This document shows, piece after piece, positions 1-12,530 of a stretch of 54,822 nt of DNA. Numbering within the stretch: the first letter of the stretch is position 1; each line of letters opens with the position of its first letter. Origin of the DNA: Chromera velia. Taxonomy: Eukaryota. Both the position numbers and the translations under genes were made by a program. Under the pieces are notes generated by a model. The model saw only the letters and a program-made list of their open reading frames with translations. It searched no databases and was not told the DNA's origin. The stretch spans positions 1 through 54,822 of the forward strand of contig JAHBMJ010000173.1 in NCBI GenBank assembly GCA_018398765.1, given 5' to 3'.

Positions 1-2233
1 AAAAGTTAAAAGAGAAATTGAGAAAGGCAGGGGTGGAGGAAGGCCTGATCAGATGGGTTGAGGCCTCTCTGGAAAAAGTGAGGGCACGGGTGAAGGGAAC
101 GAGCATGTGGTACCCGGAAGACAAAGGACTCAAGCAAGGAGGCCCGAGCGGCCCTTCCCTTTACTCTGTGTACACACATGACTTGCCAGAGGAAGTAGGA
201 AAGAGGAGAGGACAGAGACGACAGACCGACAGACAGAGGCCAAAGGTGCCGGCAGGAGAAAACGGGAGGTGGGTCGATTTCCTTGCCCCTCTGTTTGCAG
301 ATGACACAACACTCCTCGAATCCTCAGATAGACAGTTGAACCTTCTTCTTTCGAACCTTGTAGCCTTTGCAGAACCTCTCCGTCTTCTATTCTCTGACAA
401 GTCGAGATTGGTCCGGTTTGGCCGTATCGCATCAAGAGAGAAAGAAGAAGTTAGACTGGGGGAGATAGTGATGAAAGAAGCAAGAGAGCAACCCTACCTT
501 GGACTAGTCCTATCCGCCGACTGCAACCTAGAAACCATGATGAAAGCACGGTCAATCAAAGCAGAGAGATACATGCAGGGACTGATGGGGAAGATAGGAA
601 GGGAGGGAGGGATTCCACCCGCTGATTGCTTCAATATATTTAAACAGACAGTGCGCGCCGTATGGTTGTATGGATGTGAAATCCATGCATGCCCAGATAG
701 CGCGTATGCAGAATTCGACGAGAAGCAAAGGAGATTTGTCAGGTTTGTTTTGCGTTTGAGAAAGAAAGAGAATTGTGACACGCTGATGATGGAAGGAGGT
801 TTCATTCCGATTGATCTCGAAGTGGCTTCCAGAACGATCCGGTGGGCAGGGAAGGCTTTAAAGGAGAGAAGAAACGAAGCGGTAGGGCAGGCAATCCTTA
901 CATACCTGAGAGAGGGGATAGAGAACGAAATGGGGTGGGGGAGAGGAATGCATCCTTTTCATCTTTTCCCTCATCTGAAACAATGTGCACAGGCACTCTA
1001 CACAGACAGAGGAATGCACCCTTTTGCAAGAGAAAGACTAAAAGGAAGCGTAGGGCAGAGAGGAACACAGGTAGTCAACGAGAGAGTGGACGGGATAGAG
1101 AGATGGCTGCTGAAGAGAACAAAAAATGAGCTAGACGAGAAGAAGAGAGAGGCGTTTGCACATAGAATAGAAAGAAACATAAGAGAGAAGAACAGTCAGG
1201 AGAAGGCAGAACTGACAGGAGTGATGATGGCTGACATGCACAGAAAGGTCTCAAACGGAAACCGTCTCCACCTTTCTTTGTTTGAAGACAGAGCAGGTAG
1301 AAAGGTTGGCTCGACAATGAAAATAGACAGAGAGAGAATAGGGAGAGCCCCTTTTTGCTATACGAGAGTGGCGCCACGATCAGAACACAGGAGGAGAGCA
1401 GCATGCAGGGTGGGAAACAGGGCTGTGGCTGTGACTCAGGGAAAAATTCCGGTAAGGGGGGGAGAGAAGGTGCCGTTACAGAAAACGATATGCTAGTTTT
1501 GTCGAGGGTGGTTGGGAATCGAGGTGGTGGAAGATGAAATCCATTTGGTGACAGAATGTCCTGTTTTTGACAGAGAGAGAGCAGAAATGTTTAGAAAGAT
1601 AGAAGGGAAATGGGACGGCAAGATGGAAGAAAGAGCTAGAAAGGCAGCCACAGAAAGAGAAGGGCTCAACAGAGAAGAGGGAAAAAGGGACAACTCGACG
1701 CTTTTCTGTTTTCTGATGAATGAATGTCATGCCGGAGTGGATGAGTTTTTGGGATGGGCGTCATTCAGACGGAGGGTGTTTGAGGAGTGTCCAGGATGGT
1801 ACGGACACATAGAGGGAGACGCTCTGGCGGCCAGACATGCAGGAATCACCGGAAGGCAGCGGGCGATCGAGAGACTAACAAAAGAATATGAGGAGACAAT
1901 TGATAACTTAGAGACGACCGAAGGAGCGTTAGGGGGGGGAAGGAGGGAGCCGCAGAAGAAGATTGATAAAGCAAACAAAAAGAGCGAGGAAGCCCAAATC
2001 ACATGCCGTTTCAGATCGATTTTCAGGCCGGAAAGCCAACGCGGATCCAGAGCCGTGACTCGAATAACGAACAATCATGCAGCAGCGGCCAGGGCAACAG
2101 ACTCTGGCGGGCCCCGAGGGAGGGGTCTGATACCTCAGCTTAGGCTGGGGAACGCCCCGCCCTGCTAGCTCTGGCGACAGATAGACATAGCGGGAAGGCC
2201 CTAGGGCGGAACATATGAATCAATCAATCAATC
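1..2233 (+). mobile_element. Non-LTR retrotransposon (LINE), 3' part, truncated by the window start; ends in an (AATC)n tail
   Basis: RT motifs LKQGGPSGP, LFADD and YLG, then a C-terminal CCHC knuckle C*FC...HLVTECP. (AATC)n tail at ~2218-2233, with a second tract at ~2271-2293. Confidence 0.9.
18..2168 (+). pseudogene. LINE ORF2 (reverse transcriptase plus C-terminal zinc knuckle) with one in-frame TAG
   Basis: ORFs 18-1496 and 1512-2168 are in the same frame. The TAG at 1494-1496 falls inside the knuckle (IC*FC). Confidence 0.85.
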
Positions 2234-2416
2234 AAAACTTATAAATATATAACTCTGATAAATTTTATGCCAATCAATCAATCAATCAATATCAAACAAG
2301 AGAACAATTCGGAACGATTAAACAAATTCAAATAAAAAAAAATAAAATTCAATAAAAAATAAAATTGAAATTGGGATTTAATAAAATCGATTTTATTTAT
2401 CATATTCCACGCCTAG

Positions 2417-2448
<32 letters not shown>

Positions 2449-2453
2449 ACACA

Positions 2454-2492
<39 letters not shown>

Positions 2493-2528
2493 CTATAGAG
2501 GCGCGCGCGCGCGCACGCGAGAGAGAGA
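2417..2528. repeat. Compound microsatellite (CA)n-(CG)n-(GA)n
   Basis: Read directly from the sequence. Confidence 0.95.
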
Positions 2529-2983
2529 GGCCAAAAAAGCATGCATGCAGGCATATTTAAGCACGTGAGCGGGTATAAGCATGCAGGCACAAACCACACA
2601 GACCGACGAACATTGCGACGAATGCGGACAACTAGGCGGACAGACTGAGACAGAGAGATGACAGGACGAGCAAAATTCTCAGTAAGTGGACATGCATAGC
2701 CAGGAACGTCCAAATGACAGAGAACTCCGCAAATGTCTATAAAGGGCCGCCTTCGAAAGGGCTCCCCTCCCATCACATCAAGATGCGAAAGTCTGACAGA
2801 TGGACAGACTGGGAGCCCAGTGGGGGGGGAGGGGAGGGGAAGGGAGGGGAAATGATAAGATAGGGTCTGGGCATAAGTTCGTCATAGGCGGCTGAGGGAG
2901 AAGGAGAGGGAGGGAAAGGCCCTGCCAGTGGGATAGAGAGTAACCCCTAAAAGGGGGAAAAAGCAAAAATGAAATCGAGACAC

Positions 2984-3036
2984 AAGGAAAGGAAAGGAAA
3001 GGAAAGGAAAGGAAAGGAAAGGAAAGGAAAGGAAAG
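2984..3036. repeat. (GGAAA)n pentanucleotide microsatellite
   Basis: Read directly from the sequence. Confidence 0.95.
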
Positions 3037-3663
3037 GGCGGCGGAGAGAAAAAGAAAGTGGGGCGGAAAGGAAAGGGAGAAACTACTGAGAGAAGAAAAA
3101 AGGGACGGAGCATGCAGGGGACGGAAAAAAGACAACAAACGAAAGCAAAGGCAAATGGAGAAAGGAAAGAAAAGCAGACTGGTGGACTGGATGTGGAACT
3201 AAGGAAGGGCGGCGCAAGCAGGAGGAATTCTCAAGGAGACAAGGAAAGTAGACCATTCAGAAAGAAGGGGCAGAGAAGGGGAAGATAGCCAAATAGGAGA
3301 CTCGGCTCTAGCTCCGCGTCTCCCGTTCTATGAATTCATGCAAAACTGCAGATCATCATGCTAAATTGTGCGCTTTGTTTCGTCTGCAAGTTCAGACTCT
3401 TCCCTACTCCTTCCTCCTTGTTCTACAGTCTCTGTCCGAAAGAGCAGTTCAGAGAGTCACCCGACTGTTTGCTGTCTTCTTCAACCGCTCCTTTCCAGTC
3501 TCCACTGGAGAACCTCCCCCGGCAGAAAACAGTGTGACCCGCCCTGCTGAAAGAGAAACGCTAAGTGAAGGCCAGTCAGACAAACGATTAATCAGACAGG
3601 CTCGGCTCCAAGAGTGAGCGTGGGTCATCACTGGAGGGAGGGAGGAAATGAACATCCTCAGGC

Positions 3664-4502
3664 TCATGCCTCCTCCTGCTGCTTCAGAAGATAAGTGACG
3701 CCGCTCTTTCCGGAGGTGTAGCGGTTGTGGTGCATCGCCATGAACACACCGGGGCCGCCCACAGGGCACTCCTTGCGAAGTCTGGAGACCTTGTCGTTGT
3801 CGTCCACTCTGTAGAACTTCAGAACCGCAAGCTTGACCTGGAACGAAGAGGCGAAGGGACAAAGAAGGAAGGAAAACAGATCTAGTTTAGACAAAGGATC
3901 GAATGGGCGTGGAGGTTAAAAGCAGGGAAGGAGGGTGCCTAAGCGAAAGAGATTGCTAGCCCACCTTCTTCTTCTTGTGCTTGTTCTTCTTGGGCTTGGT
4001 GTACTGCTTCTTCTTTCTCTTCTTGCCACCACCCAGAAGGGATGCGGAGAGGTAGAGGGTAGCCTCCTGCAGCAAGGACACAAAGCAGATAAATGCACGT
4101 CGTCAGTCTCACAGGAAAGGACAGAAAGAGCAGTGCCCCTCAGTCCTCTCCCGCTCAATCCGAAGAGAGACTAAGTAAGAGTGCGAGAAAGCGAAGGCCT
4201 TTCGATCAGTCCACTGACGTCATCGATGGAGGACTCCTCGAGAGTCTCCTCATCGACCAGCTGTTTGCCTCCGTAGATGAGACGCTGGAGCTCAGCAGGA
4301 ACGCCTGCAAAGAAAGATCATAACGCATGAAGAAAGGGGGATGCACTAATGAAGATACAAGCTTCAATTCCCAGGAAAAGGGCTGAAGATTGTACTGACC
4401 ATCTCTTGCTTCGACGAGCGCCTTCACCTCCTCCACGGAGGTCTCAGGGCCGACAGAGAGCAGCAGGTTTTTCCCCTCTAGATTGCGCACAAAGATCTGC
4501 AT
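3664..4502 (-). CDS. RPS27A: Ubiquitin-like domain fused to 40S ribosomal protein S27a (eS31); exons 4502-4400, 4304-4219, 4066-3965, 3837-3664
   Basis: The spliced product reads [11 protein letters not shown]...[10 protein letters not shown]...[51 protein letters not shown]...GVFMA. All three introns are GT-AG and keep the frame. Confidence 0.95.
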
Positions 4503-5003
4503 CTTGGCTGTCAATGAGACAGAGGGAGATTGACACTTCAAGCCAAGAACGGATCGAGCGGTTTCTTCTTTTGTCGGCCTTCGTAGTCGGACGAAGGCGG
4601 CCATGCGCGGCCCCGGAAGGCTTTTTCCGTGCAAAAAAAAAAAATGAGAATGACCACTCAAATCAATCAACCCAGCCCCAAAAAGGCTCACTGAATGAGA
4701 GATCGACTCAATGCACCAAAGGAGGGACTTGCATATACATGTGTATCCGTTTGACATCATATGCACAGTGGTGCACAGTGCAGAGCAGTCAATGGGTCGA
4801 GCACGCTTCATCACGAGGAGACTCTCGGAGTGTAGCTTCATCTGTTGCTTGAAGTCTAAAGTGTCTGCGGTTGCGTCTTGTGCAGAGACCGTTGACGCCT
4901 ATCGATACATAGATCCGTAGAGGACGAGAGAAGCGCGTGATCGACTTGTCTGCAGCTTCAAGCTGTGAATTTCTCTGTGCTTTCTCTCCTTCAGCAATAA
5001 AGA

Positions 5004-7444
5004 ATGCCTGGGCTTTCTTTCCTTCACAAGAAGGTATGGCACACAGCTACCTTCGCGAACCAGGAGAAGGTGTGGGCTGCGGAGGAGAAGCAGAAGGCTG
5101 AACAGAAGAAAACAGAGGAGGCTCGAAAACGTTTGGAGGAGGAAAGGCAGTTGATGCACTTGAAAAGAATCCAAGCAGAGGCGGGTTTGATCAGTCAGTC
5201 TGCTGTTGAGCGTATTGACTGGATGTACGAGAACCCTCTGGCAGCCCAGCAGTCCAATGAGGACAGTGAAGCTGTACTGCTTGGAAAGAAACCATTGGCC
5301 GATGTGGAAGGGAAAGATTCGAAAGAAGCCATCAAGTCCCTGCAGTCACATGAAGCACCGGGGGCTGCTATGATGCCTTCGCTGATGAAGACCAGCGAAG
5401 ACACCCTGAGAAAATTACGTGAGGATCCCCTCCTGATGATCAAACAGGCTGAGATGAAGAGAAGGGAGGACATTGTGAATAATCCGCTTTTGCGCCTGAA
5501 AGTGGAGAAGGAGAAAGGTGCTGAGAAAAAGAAAAAGAAGAAGGATAAGAAAGAGAAGAAAAGCAAAGACAAACAGAAGAAATCTTCCAAACCCCACTCG
5601 GACGACTCAGACGATTCCTCCCGATCCCCTTCCCCTCCTCCTAGAGATAGACACAGAGAAGAGAATGGAGGGAAATACCAACACGACAGGGAGCGAGAAG
5701 GGGGAAGAGGACACCGCCGTTCCTCTTCGCCTTACCGCCAAACTCGGGCTGATTCGCGTGAGCGATCGTACAGGGACGAGAGGGGCAGAGGGGGAGAGAG
5801 AGAAAGGGGCCGATTTGACAGAGATGATGAAAGGAAACGGAAAGACAGAAGCAGAAGTCGAAGCGCAGAAGCAAGGCGGGGCAACAGGGGGGGGGGCATG
5901 AGTTATCGTGATAGAGATCGCGAAAGGGACCGATTTCAGGATTGCGATCGACACCGCTACTACAGCGCCCGAGACAGGGACAGAGACAGGTATCACGATC
6001 GCGACAGGGGCAGACATCCTGACCGCGACAGGGACCGACCGCGCGAGCACCACCGAGAGGGGCCTGGGAGTAGACAGGATGAGAGGGGGCCTTCGTACCC
6101 CCACCGAGAGGGGAGGGAGGAGAGGGAGAGGGATAGGGGGGGAGAGAGAGACGGTGGGGAAAGAGGCAGAGAGTCCGGATACGGACTTTTGGCATCCGCA
6201 CGGAATGCAGACAGGGGTGATACCGATATGGGGGGTGGGGATGATCTGGGCCCTCCCCCTTCTTTTGTGAAGAGGGAGGAGAAGGAGAAGTCCTCTTTGG
6301 GTCCTCCCTCGTCGTTCCGTCGACGTCGGGAGGAGGAGCGGGGGGAAAGGGAGGGGGATACTCACATGGCTGTGAAGGAAAAGGAAGAAAGGGGGGGTGA
6401 GAGCGTTGGGAATGGGCGAGGGAGGTCTTCGGAGGAGCAGCGTGCTGAGAAGCTTCGCCAGATGGAAGAGGACGCCCAAAGGTCAGAAGAGAGAGGAGGG
6501 GCGGAAGGAGAAAAGAAGGAACGGCAGTCTTGGTCAGACTGCGGGGGCATGCGTGAGTCAAACGAAGGTGTAGAGGGGGTGACAGTGAGTGCTTGTCAAT
6601 TGAGCCTGTGTTGATGTAGCAGCTGGACAGACAGACAGAAACGCCTGTAGCCCCTTTAAGCAATGGCGCTCAAGGAAGGTGAAGAGAAGCGATTCAGAAT
6701 TGGACACCAAAAATGCGTGAAGGCAGAGGAGACAGACCGCGGATCTTCATGTAGAGAGGCAGGAGGCAGCTCTTTCTTCCTGAGGCGAGATTCTTCCTGA
6801 GTGATTGACAGAGCAGCAATAGTTTTGTCCTCTACCCTTGTCTGTTTTTTCGCCAACGTTGTTTCTTTTCTGGTGTAACGTACTCGTGCATGCGTGCAGG
6901 CTCCATGAACAGCGCAAACAGAAGCTGGCAAAGCACGCGGAGGTTGAGAAGGTCCTGGAGTCTCGGGAGGAGGCTCAGAGGTCGAAGGAGGTAGGTTGGT
7001 GCGTGTGAGTGTGGGGAGGGGGGGTTGGAGGGGAGGGGGGAGTCGTCTTCTTGAGGTTGAAACGGTAAAGAAGGTGGGGAGGTACGGAAGCTGGCCTTTG
7101 GATATGAACAGGAAAGGAAAGGTGGAGTGAGAGTGAAAAGAGTTTGGGGGGTCCACGGAGTTGGTGGGATGGGGCGCTTTGGAATTAATGTGATTGGTGT
7201 TCTTTTGGTTGTTTCCCTTCCTTCCTTGGGTGAGGTTTCATCTCTTTCTGTCTGATGAGCGGTCTCTCTGATGAACAGACGTGCTCTCTGCCTGGTTCTC
7301 TAGCTGTACGGCATTTGTCTGCTTTCTTGAAAGTTCGTGAGGAAGGTGGATAAAGAAAGGACAAAACCTTTTGGTCTGTCTGGATTTGTCGACGGGGGGA
7401 AAAACACACCAAACGTTCATTCTCTCTCTCTCTGTCTCTCTCTG

Positions 7445-7482
<38 letters not shown>

Positions 7483-7664
7483 TGTGTATGTATATGTGTG
7501 TGTGTGTATACGTATATGTGTGTGATGGCATGCAGGGTCACGAGAGTTATGCTCACAGAGTGGGGGTCCAAATGGGAAATCTGGAAGGTCTCTCGCTTGC
7601 CGACACCCTGAGGAAGAAGAGGGCGACTGGGAAGGCTCGACAGGAAGAAGACGACGAACTCTGA
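5004..7664 (+). CDS. CWC25: Pre-mRNA splicing factor CWC25; exons 5004-6481, 6900-6990, 7536-7664
   Basis: N-terminal FLHKKVWH...NQEKVW (Cir_N-like), ERIDWMY and KLREDPLL motifs, then an RD/RS-rich region. Two GT-AG introns give an in-frame charged C-terminus ending ...EEDDEL*. Confidence 0.88.
7421..7523. repeat. (CT)n-(GT)n compound microsatellite in CWC25 intron 2
   Basis: Read directly from the sequence. Confidence 0.9.
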
Positions 7665-8189
7665 AGCATCGTCGCTTCATTGCACGATTGATCGATCAAC
7701 CGAGGGATTCGATCTTTGCATGTATGTATGAGTCAGCTAGTCCACAGAAGGAACGTAGCAAGCTAGGGTGATGGGAACGGTGAAAGGATTTTGGTTGGAG
7801 ACGGCGGGTTCGGAAGGGAAACTTCGTCTAGAACTTCGTTTGTTTCTCGTCGCCCAAGACGGACCGTGCTGTCGATTGTGGAGGAGACAAACTCGACCAG
7901 GGTCTCTGCTCGCTCGAGGGGAATTAAAGTTGAGCAGACGCTAGGGCAGACAGATGATTGTCACCTAGCTTTGGACGGACCCTTGCACGGATCGCTCCAG
8001 CTAGATGGATTTGTGTCAGTAAGATCGATACATACCATCACTATATGGTAATGTCTACGGTCATGTACTAGTCCGGTTAATTGGTGCTGCCATGATACGT
8101 TTAATATTACGTTATTGCTTTTAGCCCCATGAGATCAACGTATACAGATTTTTTTGAATTGTTAGAGCCTTCAATTTATCTAGTAATTT

Positions 8190-9530
8190 ATGATGATGAG
8201 GTGACTTAGCCCGCCAGCCATCGTGTCCCAATGGCAAAGGGCAGTCTGTGAGCATTCATGTCATATTGCAAGCTAGGAGCATACTAGCGAATGCTCACCT
8301 AAAGCGGCCAAACTTTAGGACTACTAGCTAGTAAAATACTGCTCCCCAAGATCGATCAGTCCGGTCCGGTCTGGTCCTAGGCATGCAGCAATGAGGGCAC
8401 TGGCCTTTTAGGCGTCCCTCTGAAAAAGAAACAAGAAGTACCACCTTACCTGTTCCTCAGCCTGCCCCATCCCCTTACCCTCTTGGGCTTCCTGTCTCTC
8501 TCCGTGCTCACACACTTCTTCTATCGACATACGCTCCAGTCGCCTATACCAGAGATCACTCAGTCTCCCCTGCGGCACCTCCATTCGGAGACAAGTTGTC
8601 AGACGGTGAATCGGATCATCAATCAATTTCTCCCAACTTTTCTCTTCACAGGCCTTACAAATTGATTTAACCCTCCCCCCATGGTTTGCCCCCCCTCCAA
8701 CAATGGTGCACAACAAAGAGCAGAAAACTGTCCCGGGGGAAGACAAGAACTGCTTGGGGAGAGGTTCTACCGAGGCAGACCATGAGCCTCCCCTCCCCCC
8801 CACCAAGCTTCCAAGAACCTGGTCCAATTAATTTTATAAAACGTTGACTACTACTATTCTCTTTTTGATATTTGGTCAGGCAAACAGACGGAGGAAAAGA
8901 CATGCTCCCATGCATTCTCTGTCTCTCCTGCCTCCCTCCTGTCCTTTCTATGATGGAGACCAGGTTTACCTAGTCCCCCATCCATTCGTTCACTTCTCTG
9001 TTTCTCGCTCCCCTTCTCAGCTTGCTATCTGATGTTTTGAAATCGACCTCATCTGGTTCACCTTCCAGGAGGGTAGGACTGACGGGTTGCACATTGTTAA
9101 GCTTCTTTGCAGACCCCGACTATGCCCTTAACTCCCCCCTCCTGTGGCATGCCCACAATGCTTGAGGCAAAGCTAATCGAGTAAGGAAGAGACTTCTCAA
9201 ATACCCCCCCACTCTGACACTGAAAATCTTTCTTATGGGCCTCAGCCCAATGGCTGCAAAGGTGGGAAACACAAAAGAATTCTAGGGCAGACGGAGAGTC
9301 TCAGACCAACGCACAAAACGAAGCTGGAGGGAGTCTAAGCATCAGATGTCATATTTCTGAATGGGGAGAGCTTCAAGGGAATAGGTGGCGGCGGGCTCCT
9401 ACATCCCCTTGAAAAGGGACATGCGACTGTGGGGGGAGAGCATACCTATTGACGCACACAGACCCATAGCCCCCCCAACTCCCCTTTCTGCAGCTTCAAA
9501 TCTGGTGGTCACAGACTTGCGAGGGTTTGC
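8190..9530 (-). mobile_element. 5'-truncated, decayed LINE with a (CAT)n tail; same clade as the LINE at 29327-35450
   Basis: Minus-strand translation of ~9530-9190 (PRKSVTTRFEAAERGVGGAMG...ATYSLEALP...LDSLQLRFVRW...GLRP) aligns with ORF 29736-30905 (PRKSVRDRLESAERCLGAVMG...ATYSLEALP...LDALQLRFVRW...GVRP). Several in-frame stops. Confidence 0.85.
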
Positions 9531-9598
9531 ATAGAAGAATTGATATCTTAGACTGGTCTTTAGTTAGCTGCACTTCAGGTTACTAGTAAGAGTTCTAG

Positions 9599-10112
9599 TA
9601 CCTCCCTGACATTACAAGCCACTTGAAAATTTTTTTGCTCTGGCCGATAGACTTGAAAGTCTGCACTGCAGGCATGGACTATGTCTTGAAAGTTTGTGCC
9701 GCTGGTGCAGACTATGTCTTAAAAGTTTATATCGCCAGCGCGGAGTATGTCTTGAAAGTCTGTGTCGCAAGCATATCGCAAGCGTAGAGTATGTCTTAAA
9801 AGTCTTCGTCACAAATGCGGACTATGTCTTAAAAGTCTCAAAAAGTCTGAGTGTCAAGCACGGACTATGTCTTGAAATTCTGTGTCTCAAGCATAGACTA
9901 TGTCTTGTATGGGCAGCGATAGGCTATGATGGGCCGCGCCGCATCTGCACCGCCGTGGCCTAGGCTGCGTCGTTAGCCGTGGCTAGCCGCTTGCGCAGAC
10001 AACTTGATTGGCTGTGCCGCAGGCGCGGACAAACTTGGTCAGCCATGCTGCAAATGTGGATGAACTTGAACGTTCTGCATACTTTCAAGTGGCCGGTAGT
10101 GTCAGGGAGGTA
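9599..10112. mobile_element. Non-autonomous TIR DNA element (~514 bp) with 32-bp TIRs, probable 8-bp TSD and an internal 33-bp tandem array
   Basis: Left end TACCTCCCTGACATTACAAGCCACTTGAAAAT; reverse complement of the right end TACCTCCCTGACACTACCGGCCACTTGAAAGT. Flanks AGTTCTAG (9591-9598) and AATTCTAG (10113-10120). Confidence 0.85.
9645..9908 (+). repeat. Degenerate 33-bp minisatellite (~7 units, consensus near GGACTATGTCTTGAAAGTCTGTGTCGCAAGCAC)
   Basis: GACTATGTCTTRAAAGT recurs at mostly 33-bp spacing. Confidence 0.85.
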
Positions 10113-10238
10113 AATTCTAGTAAGAGTTACTTTATAAAACATAAAATTATGTGTAAATTGGCAATTAACTAATGCAGCGTAAAAGTTTCTGATTATAGAA
10201 TTATGATTGCTATAATATTCCAAATAATTCCAGATTTC

Positions 10239-11046
10239 TAGTCACCAGATTTGATTTGATAGGATTTGATTTGATTTGATCTGAACTTCAAGCTCAAATT
10301 TGACCAGATTTGAGGTAGATTTGATGTTGAAGTCTAGAGGTCACTCTCGATAGCACTGAAGACGACATGACACAGTTGATACCACTAGCAAATCCTAGAA
10401 AGCCCTAGAGACAAGAAAATTACTAAAAACTAGACTAAAAGCTGAATTAAGACTCTCAAAATTATAATGAGCTATTATCAAAGCTAAGAGTTTATATAAG
10501 TTAAGAGCTTACAATTACATTACTCCTTCTTTCTGCAGGTCACACTTTCTTCGCATAGCCGGCAGTGTATACTAATACGGCCTTCTTGTTGTTATAACCT
10601 GTAGGATTGTTTGACATCGTTGATCGGTTTGATAAAGAGGGACCTAAGAAGGGCCCAAGGTAAAGAAGGAAGCGTAAAAACTGCCATAGGACAATAAAGA
10701 ACCACTTCAAACCCTCAATCAAAACTTGAATGTCTGCAGAATAGACTGGATGACCTCTTTTTCACTGAAGAGACATTTGGAAAAGCTTTTGGGCGTTCAT
10801 ATTCATGTGAAACCGATAAAAAAAACTTTTTGTCATCATTTTTTTTTTTTTCGCATAAAAAAGTGCGAAGACTCATTTGAGAGACTGGATAACGGATTGA
10901 CCTCGAAGATTTGAGGTTAAAGGGTCAGATTTGAAGTAGATTTGATAGGATTTGATAGGCTTTATCATACTAAAGTTTCTCAGGCCTAAGATTTGATTTG
11001 AGGTTAAGCCCTACTTCAAATCAAATCAAATCAAATCTGGTCACTA
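10239..11046. mobile_element. hAT-like MITE (808 bp) with a perfect 8-bp TSD CAGATTTC
   Basis: TIRs TAGT(C/G)ACCAGATTTGATTTGA at both ends. TSD at 10231-10238 and 11047-11054. Subterminal (GATTT)n repeats. A TAG terminus with an 8-bp TSD is typical of hAT. Confidence 0.9.
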
Positions 11047-11139
11047 CAGATTTCCTAAGAAACTTTCTCATGGACTGCTCTGCCGGGTGACACCGCTGAT
11101 GTGAGAGTCTATACACTGCCGGGTGACGTGGGACTTGAA

Positions 11140-11265
11140 TATTCATTACTCACAGACTGCTCTAGCTTTGGCACCTTTGCTATTGAGCCATGGTGGCTGT
11201 CGGGGTAAGTCTTATGATCATCCTCATCATGATCATCACCTAGATCATCATTAGCATCATCATAA
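11140..11265 (+). mobile_element. Short LINE/SINE 3'-end fragment with an (ATC)n tail, related to the 3' end at 8190-8260
   Basis: The reverse complement GACTTACCCCGACAGCCACCATGGCTCAATAGCAAAGG...GCAGTCTGTGAG matches GACTTAGCCCGCCAGCCATCGTGTCCCAATGGCAAAGG-GCAGTCTGTGAG at ~8203-8252. Confidence 0.65.
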
Positions 11266-12362
11266 CATTATTATGGGAGGTGTAGACTTGCACTGCAATT
11301 TAAGTCTGCGGCTAAGCTTAGTAAGCTAGTGGCTAAAACGTACATAATTGTTGCAACATCGATGAATTCTCACCAGACCGGGGGGATTCATCGCTATCCG
11401 CCCTAGTATTGGCCTATAGCGCTGTAGTATAGGGCGTTTTGCGCAGAAAAGAATGCATGCGAGACACGTTTGGAATTTAATTTAATAAACATGCAGGCTA
11501 GTAGACAGGCTTTTAGCAACATGTTTTTCAGGCGCTTAGACTGCATGCATGGCCGCGTATACGTATGTGAAGTGTGATGAACGCCTTCTGTAGTTAGTTA
11601 GAACGTTGGCAGGTATTTGTCTTTACTTTTTTTGTCAATCATGTTTCTGTCTAGGTTTCTGTATGCATGGTGAAAGAGCCTCTGTTCCAAGACCTGTGTG
11701 CCTAGCCTGAGCTCTACTCCCTCAAGCCTCCACCCAATTCTTTGCTATAAGATCAACTCCTCGGTTTTCACAGCGTGACATGGACATGCCAGTGAAAACG
11801 CAAGAATGTAGTGACAAAACGAGAGGACTTCCAGAGTGGCACGGGCTGAGATGAATGAATGGACGGATGATTGAATGCATGAAATTTGGCAATGCATGCA
11901 TGAAGATACATGAATCGACGCGCACATGCATGGACGGCCAAACAATCGGCAAGACGAACGTATGGATCAATGAAGCATTGCATCATGGTGCATGGCGGGG
12001 ACCAGGCCGCGGGGTAACGTACCAGATGCACGAAGAAGTGGGGGGATGCGTACAAGAGAAACGTTTGGTCAGATGAGTGACTATGAATGAGGAAAAGAAA
12101 GATTAGCGGCAGAGGAAGATCCATCGGTGTACCGGCTGTTGCAGCACTGGCAGGATTGTCCAACATACCGGATCGAATTCAGTCAGTCACGCGTCTCCCC
12201 CCTTCCATCTTGTCACAGAAACCATGTCATGCATGATCTCTCTTCAATTCTCTCTGTCGCACACGCATACACACAGTCACTCAGAGTACAAGATACTCCA
12301 TTAGTCAGATGTATAAAGGGAGTCTCCATCGGTTGACGACGCCATTCATGCAGGTCAAATGA

Positions 12363-12393
<31 letters not shown>

Positions 12394-12530
12394 GCGCGCG
12401 CACGCACGCACACACAACTGTTTTGATACAGACACGCAGTTGCACAGAGAAAGCCAGAGAGAAGAGAAAGACAGGATCGATCTGTGGTCCTCGCTCCCTT
12501 CTTCAGTCCTGCCCCCTTGATTGGTTATCT

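Noticed and set aside
9645..9908. CRISPR-like array of repeats with variable intervening sequence
   Set aside because: The 'spacers' are ~12 bp and similar to one another, there are no cas genes, and the array sits inside a TIR element in eukaryotic DNA. It is a degenerate minisatellite.
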